A stretch of DNA of 12,087 nucleotides. Source: an uncultured bacterium. Its GTDB lineage: Bacteria > Hydrogenedentota > Hydrogenedentia > Hydrogenedentales > JAEUWI01. Location of the stretch: NCBI GenBank assembly GCA_963977445.1, contig CAXBPH010000213.1, positions 1-12,087 of the forward strand. The letters are read 5' to 3'. This document shows, piece after piece, positions 8,001 through 12,087 of this stretch (its first letter is position 1; the number at the start of each line of letters is the position of its first letter). Position numbers and translations under genes: made by a program. The notes under the pieces were generated by a model, which was not told where the DNA came from, did not search any database, and was given only the letters and a program-made list of their open reading frames with translations.

Positions 8001-8165
8001 TTTGGTGTGGGGCTCGGCACCAATATTGTGAAAAACATTGTGGAGAGTCACGGGGGTACTATTGCGTACGCCAACGGGGCAATGGGGGGGGCTTGTGTAA
8101 CCATGACGTTGCCCATCGCGCCGGACCAGACAGCGCACGCTGATCCGGCATATACAAACGGATAA
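5034..8165 (+). CDS. Sensor histidine kinase with periplasmic beta-propeller repeats and Y_Y_Y-like domain
   Basis: 1043 aa; signal peptide; repeated DGL....V.SI.....G.(V/L)W.GT blades; LSPGGYQFQVRS.D..GN.D; TM VFYVPVAFSLFLAALAMAF; coiled coil; H-box SHELRNPL; NLVDNA, DTGPGI, FEPLFSTK, GVGLG. No receiver domain. Confidence 0.92.
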   Translation: MQWLAIVFLSLWASLLAMPGWSASDFEVNPFPTPNGAPVAEVNGIVEDGDGAVWVITWGEGVHQINGTSWSTYREADGLPDDWVRSISTSPRGGVWVGTGEGIARIREGRIEPITQGNFPLFTDPDIYFVKETSDGRLWVSTRNGTILVRDPDGLGPDEIKAGWRVLAHPDKTGGDTVDQLVEVGPGEVLLSMRTGAAIWIRGDEWVVDSTLVAELDFVLYSENMNGETITGAFASGGAMSYRWDGAAWIATGSGPAVALELASDKEGRLYMATSNGLYEHNEIGWERCDFPKALGVPYLQHILVSQDGAIWMGGTEGLYRATVPPWSQEATEMTVLLPRADDKQPLLGINSVGTVFHYDGDGWSERFTVASWQDTWYPEDSIWLGDGQVWRNSRREYQWLMVARNQLHFISNDQYIVYDLEEGHVIRESILPPMRPATGRFFLTKDESLLWIAENEVFRNAGDSWQSWPPVPGYTPRHTTAIYEREPGKFWVGLEDGIELWADGQVTYYGDADGIDSGDSIHGICEATNGELWFGSMGSGIYRYDGETFRQVTTAEGLYRNSVRNIIQAKDDTIWISYRGTGISSYRNDHWVHYTFEHGVPNATVMGIGDTAPGAMWIFASDEHVYRYFPDVLSPDTRILVGPSTLDSSAVGVFSFTGRDAWNQTQPSELRYSWRIVPYDGEGHGTSSWTIFSTEDTVVSNTLSPGGYQFQVRSSDAGGNIDPTSANLTFVVQPPFWRKPVFYVPVAFSLFLAALAMAFRFRSHRALQASEAALRCSEQELKAHRDNLETLVAARTDDLEKAQAELIRKDRLATLGQLTATVSHELRNPLGTIQSSLYMIEKRVRGSDLKLDKTLDRVYRSVRRCDHIVEEMLDYARVRTNDPVQVSFDPWLRETLAEIEIPEAVEMDLALDCGVSVAIDQESMRRVLINLVDNAVQAMGEIEDCESTIRVISKRQPDEVVIRLEDTGPGIPEDVLEHIFEPLFSTKNFGVGLGTNIVKNIVESHGGTIAYANGAMGGACVTMTLPIAPDQTAHADPAYTNG

Positions 8166-8172
8166 TTCCGCG

Positions 8173-8862
8173 TCACATGGTGTAGGGAATGGGGTCTTTG
8201 GTGTGATTGGCGGCAAACGCATTTAACCGTTCCACGCAGGTCGGGCACGTACCACATGCTTCTTCTCTGCCACGATAGCAGCTCCAGGTCTGGGTGAAAT
8301 CCACCCCCAGGGCGATTCCTTTTTTGACGGTGTCGCCCTTCGAGAATGCAACAAAGGGTGCGTGAACCGTGACCGGGGCCTTCCGATTGAGCACCAGGAC
8401 GTTGTTAATGCGCTCAAGAAAGGTGCGGGTGCAATCCCAGTAGCCATACTCGTCCTGCGCCTGGGCACCATAGTACACGTCAGTTATGCCATGGGCTTCG
8501 GCGTAGGCCGCGGCCATGGAGAGCAACATCATATTGCGGTTGGGCACGTAGGTAGGAGGCTGGGTCAATTCTTCGGTCGTGAGGGCGTCCAGATCGGGCA
8601 CCTCCTCGCCCCCTTCAATGAGGGCCGATCCCGCCTGAATCAGGGCACCCATGAAGGTAATGTCCATCACACGGTGTGCGGCTACGCCGACGTCTCGGGC
8701 CTGGGCGTTTGCACACACCAATTCACGACTGTGTCGCTGTCCATAGTTGAAACTCAGGGCATGTATTTCCGGGCAGTTCAAATCTTTGGCAACATGATGG
8801 AGCAAGACGGAGGAATCCAAACCACCGCTCAATAAAACGACTGCGGGTCGAAGGGCAGACAT
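8173..8862 (-). CDS. queC: 7-cyano-7-deazaguanine (preQ0) synthase
   Basis: 229 aa; LSGGLDS PP-loop, YGQRH..E, TYVPNRN, Y(W)DC, TWSCY...CGTCPTC..R Zn site; GGAG SD. Confidence 0.96.
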   Translation of the reverse strand: MSALRPAVVLLSGGLDSSVLLHHVAKDLNCPEIHALSFNYGQRHSRELVCANAQARDVGVAAHRVMDITFMGALIQAGSALIEGGEEVPDLDALTTEELTQPPTYVPNRNMMLLSMAAAYAEAHGITDVYYGAQAQDEYGYWDCTRTFLERINNVLVLNRKAPVTVHAPFVAFSKGDTVKKGIALGVDFTQTWSCYRGREEACGTCPTCVERLNAFAANHTKDPIPYTM

Positions 8863-9105
8863 AGTAATCTCCAGAGTGAGGACTTCGGCAACGCGTAGCG
8901 GATCGGCCGGACGGATTTACCTGGCAGACCACCTAAAAGACATAGGGCCACCAATGGCTGGCAGGGCCCCCTGGTCAGGATGATACACTATAGGGAATTT
9001 TCGGTCTACCGGACTGGACGACATTCCTATGCAATCGTGACGTGGGGTCGTCATCCGGTGTTGCCCTGCCCTTATTGTTAAACGTGAAAGAGAAAGAGTT
9101 TTACC

Positions 9106-9360
9106 ATGCCAAAAATTACTATCGATGGACAATCAAGAGAGCTTGCGGCGGATGAAGCCATTCAGGCGAGCTGTGATGACTTGGGTGTGCCCTTTGGCTG
9201 CCAGGCGGGTAGCTGCGGCACCTGCGTCATCATCATCGAGCAGGGTATGGAAAACCTTCACCCTCGGAACGAGCTGGAAGAGGATATGGGCCTGAAAGAC
9301 AACGAGCGATTGGCCTGCCAGGCCCGTATCAAAGATGGCGAAGTCGTCGCCACGTGGTAG
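9106..9360 (+). CDS. 2Fe-2S ferredoxin
   Basis: 84 aa acidic protein; PFGCQAGSCGTC (Cx4Cx2C) and RLACQ. Confidence 0.9.
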   Translation: MPKITIDGQSRELAADEAIQASCDDLGVPFGCQAGSCGTCVIIIEQGMENLHPRNELEEDMGLKDNERLACQARIKDGEVVATW

Positions 9361-9383
9361 CGCGATAAATCGCGGAGAATAAC

Positions 9384-9401
9384 TCCCCTCTTGGGAGGGG
9401 A
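9384..9401. repeat. Short REP-like palindrome
   Basis: TCCCCTC-TTGG-GAGGGGA; another palindrome CGCGAT-AA-ATCGCG at 9361-9374. Confidence 0.35.
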
Positions 9402-9469
9402 ATCTATACCCGGTTCCTACTCAATTTCAGGGGATAATAAAGGCCTTCAACTATCACTCAATCCACTAG

Positions 9470-9508
9470 AAAAAAAACGAGCCCGGCGAAGTAAATCGCC
9501 GGGCCCGT
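9470..9508 (-). terminator. Intrinsic terminator of msrA
   Basis: On - strand ACGGGCCCGGCGA-TTTACT-TCGCCGGGCTCGT followed by a T run, just after the msrA stop. Confidence 0.85.
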
Positions 9509-9520
9509 CGATGGGAGTGC

Positions 9521-9994
9521 TTAGCCAATATGGCAATGGGCGAGACCTCGTTTTTCGAGATAACGCTGGTGATATTCTTCTCCACGATAGAAGGGCGCAG
9601 CCACAGTGATTTCGGTTACGATAGGTTTGCGAAATGCGCCGGTGTCCTCCATGGCGCTTTTTGAGTGCGTAGCAATCTTGCGCTGTTCGTCATTGTAATA
9701 ATAAATAGCACTTCGATACTGGGTTCCAATATCCGGACCCTGTCGATTCAAGGTCGTGGGATTGTGGCACCGCCAGAATGTGTCGAGGAGGGTTTCGTAT
9801 TTTACCTGGTCCGGGTCAAAGGTCACCTCGATTACTTCGGCATGTCCCGTCTTGCCTGAGCAGACATCTTCATAGGTGGGGTTGTCCAGGTGGCCACCCG
9901 CGTAGCCAACCGCCACATCGCTTACACCCGGCAATTGGCGGAAGGTCGCTTCGACGCCCCAGAAACACCCCGCTCCAAACATCGCTTTTTCCAT
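9521..9994 (-). CDS. msrA: Peptide-methionine (S)-S-oxide reductase
   Basis: 157 aa from ATG 9994 (AAGGAG SD at 10010-10005); GAGCFWG, YEDVC..TGHAE, NRQGPD.GTQYRS, EEYHQ.Y, C-terminal Cys. Confidence 0.96.
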   Translation of the reverse strand: MEKAMFGAGCFWGVEATFRQLPGVSDVAVGYAGGHLDNPTYEDVCSGKTGHAEVIEVTFDPDQVKYETLLDTFWRCHNPTTLNRQGPDIGTQYRSAIYYYNDEQRKIATHSKSAMEDTGAFRKPIVTEITVAAPFYRGEEYHQRYLEKRGLAHCHIG

Positions 9995-10058
9995 ATTAAG
10001 GTTGCTCCTTTCATCGGTGTCCATCGCAAGGCGAAAATGCCGAAACGACGTATCCCAC

Positions 10059-10115
10059 ATCCCTACCGGGATTGATCGTAGCGAATGGGGTATGCAGTAC
10101 AATCCCATCTGGGAT
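10059..10115 (-). promoter_or_regulatory. Predicted msrA promoter flanked by two ATCCC-N4-GGGAT palindromes
   Basis: - strand TTGTAC (10102-10097), 16-nt spacer, TACGAT (10080-10075); palindromes at 10059-10072 and 10102-10115. Confidence 0.5.
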
Positions 10116-10313
10116 TCCCAAGGACCTCTTCTGCGATACGATTTCAGTATACGTTAGATCGGGCGATTTGAACAGCCCGGTATGGGTACCTCAGTGTATA
10201 GAAGTAAACGATGGGCGGGGCGGTCTTATTCCACAAGGGTTCCAGAAGCATTTTTCCCCGATTTCATGCGATAATATCTATTGAAACTCGAATTTTAATA
10301 ATGGACACCTACT

Positions 10314-11258
10314 ATGCCAGAAAAAGCACCCAATGATGCGATCGTGGTCGCCGCACTCTACCAGTTCGCCCCCCTGACCGACTACAAATCCCTCCGTGAA
10401 CCTCTGACGCAAGTCGCTGAAGAGCAAGGGATTAAGGGCACCCTGCTGCTCGCCGCCGAGGGGATAAACGGAACGATTGCGGGCTCGCGCACGGGGATAG
10501 ACAACGTGTTGGCGTGGCTTCGTTCCGATCCGCGCCTTGCCAATCTGGAACACAAGGAATCTTTTTACGACGCCCAGCCCTTTTATCGCCTTAAGGTGCG
10601 GTTGAAGAAGGAAATAGTCACCCTGGGCGTGCCGGGCATTGACCCCAACGAACAGGTGGGCACCTATGTGAGTCCCCGGGAGTGGAACGAACTTCTTGCC
10701 GATCCCGACGTGATCGTGGTGGATACGCGCAATGACTATGAGGTTGGCGTGGGCACTTTTACGGGCGCGCTGGACCCCGACACGAAGACTTTCCGGGAAT
10801 TTCCCGAGTTTGTGCGCAACGAGATGGACCCGGCAAAACAAAAAAAAGTCGCTATGTTTTGCACCGGTGGTATTCGCTGTGAAAAGGCCTCGGCACTCAT
10901 GTTGGCCGAAGGCTTCGAAGAGGTCTTCCATCTCAAAGGGGGCATTCTGAAGTATCTCGAAGAGGTACCGGAATCGGAAAGTCTCTGGCAGGGGGAGTGT
11001 TTCGTTTTCGACGAACGAGTCGCCGTGGGCCATGGTCTGGAACCGGGTACCCATGAACTTTGCCGGGGTTGCCGTATGCCGGTGTCACCCGAAGACAAGG
11101 AATCCACCGCATACCGCGAAGGGATTTGTTGTCCCCGCTGTGTCGCTGAATTGACACCGGAGAAAGAGGCCCGGCTTATGGAGCGGCACCACCAATCCAA
11201 ATTGGCCGAGGCCCGCAACGAGCGCCATGTGGGCCGGGTGGATCAACGCAATCCCTGA
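10314..11258 (+). CDS. trhO: Oxygen-dependent tRNA uridine(34) hydroxylase (YceA/UPF0176 rhodanese family)
   Basis: 314 aa; [63 protein letters not shown]-terminal Cys cluster. Confidence 0.93.
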   Translation: MPEKAPNDAIVVAALYQFAPLTDYKSLREPLTQVAEEQGIKGTLLLAAEGINGTIAGSRTGIDNVLAWLRSDPRLANLEHKESFYDAQPFYRLKVRLKKEIVTLGVPGIDPNEQVGTYVSPREWNELLADPDVIVVDTRNDYEVGVGTFTGALDPDTKTFREFPEFVRNEMDPAKQKKVAMFCTGGIRCEKASALMLAEGFEEVFHLKGGILKYLEEVPESESLWQGECFVFDERVAVGHGLEPGTHELCRGCRMPVSPEDKESTAYREGICCPRCVAELTPEKEARLMERHHQSKLAEARNERHVGRVDQRNP

Positions 11259-11283
11259 ACCCTGCCTGCCACCATCGATAATC

Positions 11284-11340
11284 AAAACAACGCGCCCTGG
11301 TCAGTGAAGGATTCGCCGACCAGGGCGCGTTTTATGTTGT
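11284..11340. terminator. Probable bidirectional intrinsic terminator between convergent genes
   Basis: 14-bp perfect stem AACGCGCCCTGGTC (11289-11302) / GACCAGGGCGCGTT (11318-11331), A-rich on the left and T-rich on the right. Confidence 0.85.
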
Positions 11341-11360
11341 TGTGTTGAGGGGTGAGTGCC

Positions 11361-12086
11361 TTATGTCGTGCGGCGCTTCCGTCCGGTGCTCATGAGGATC
11401 AGGCAGGTCAGCCCCAGGGCGACCAGGGTGCCGAGATGACTCGGTGCCATACCGGCACTGGTCGTGACGATGGCGGGCCGGACGCCCAGGCGGAAGGTAC
11501 CGCCATGATTCAGCCAGTATCCCAGGGACGAACCGTCGGCGCTGATTTCAACGTCGGGACGGGCGAGCCACCCCGTAACGTTTTCCGCAGGATACCAGGC
11601 ACCACCGAGGGGGCCGTCCCCATAGTAATAGAGGGCGAGGTTGGCCGGGTCTGTATTCTCGGGAATGGGAATCCATACCTGCTGGGCTTCCGCGTAAACC
11701 GCGCGGGGGCTCAGCGTGAGCACCGCACCCTTTCCTTCGAGGAACAGTCCATCCGAATCCTCGTCGAAGGCGTAGGGCATTAACTGTGCGTCTGACCCAC
11801 GTTTTGCGGCACCCACGTCGCCGCGATAGAAATCGGCGGCGACAGCGGCAATCGTTTGACCCGTTACATCTACACCACCCGCGACAGCGGAGAAGGCGTC
11901 ACCGGGCTCAATGGAGCCGGGCACGGTAATAACAACCCAGCCCACGGTGTTGTCTTCCGGGTCAGCGACCCAGGTGAGGGCATCGGGACCGACGGCTTCA
12001 CCAGCGATTTCCGCCCACAGGCTCTGGGGGTCGATGGCGACATCGCTGGTCAATCGGAATGCCACGGTGCGTTCCTCCTGGAGCAG
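11361..12086 (-). CDS. 3' part of a probable surface/extracytoplasmic protein with C-terminal membrane anchor (likely 5'-truncated by the window)
   Basis: Frame stays open to the window edge (LLQEERTVAFRL...); acidic beta-rich sequence ending in HLGTLVALGLTCLILM plus basic tail GRKRRTT; no signal peptide after GTG 12065. Confidence 0.65.
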   Translation of the reverse strand: MLQEERTVAFRLTSDVAIDPQSLWAEIAGEAVGPDALTWVADPEDNTVGWVVITVPGSIEPGDAFSAVAGGVDVTGQTIAAVAADFYRGDVGAAKRGSDAQLMPYAFDEDSDGLFLEGKGAVLTLSPRAVYAEAQQVWIPIPENTDPANLALYYYGDGPLGGAWYPAENVTGWLARPDVEISADGSSLGYWLNHGGTFRLGVRPAIVTTSAGMAPSHLGTLVALGLTCLILMSTGRKRRTT

Positions 12087-12087
12087 A

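Noticed and set aside
2630..8862. Dpd DNA 7-deazaguanine modification island or pyrrolopyrimidine antibiotic cluster
   Set aside because: No dpdA/tgt paralogue, helicases or tailoring enzymes in the window; an intact QueF points to preQ1/queuosine.
9995..10108. N-terminal extension of msrA from the ORF track
   Set aside because: SD and family alignment support ATG 9994; the extension covers the predicted promoter.
12065..12079. AGGAGG + GTG as the true start of the last gene
   Set aside because: Frame is open to the window edge and no signal peptide follows despite a C-terminal anchor; cannot be fully excluded.

Overview
GC-rich bacterial chromosomal window dominated by tRNA wobble-base modification genes: queE, a tandem two-domain queD and queF on the + strand, queC converging from the - strand across a large orphan beta-propeller/Y_Y_Y sensor histidine kinase, then a 2Fe-2S ferredoxin, msrA and trhO. 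It also carries a Tat-exported ceramidase-like metallohydrolase, a TfoX_N protein and the 3' end of a membrane-anchored surface protein. Most notable: (i) the fused QueD, whose two domains have lost complementary catalytic motifs; (ii) a 266-bp highly folded MITE-like element with perfect terminal inverted repeats and CTAG ends at the window start; (iii) a ~60-bp direct-repeat pair enclosing four hairpins between queF and the kinase, sharing motifs with a REP-like unit at 320-396; (iv) twin ATCCC-N4-GGGAT palindromes bracketing the predicted msrA promoter. All calls come from motif reading by eye; no searches were run.
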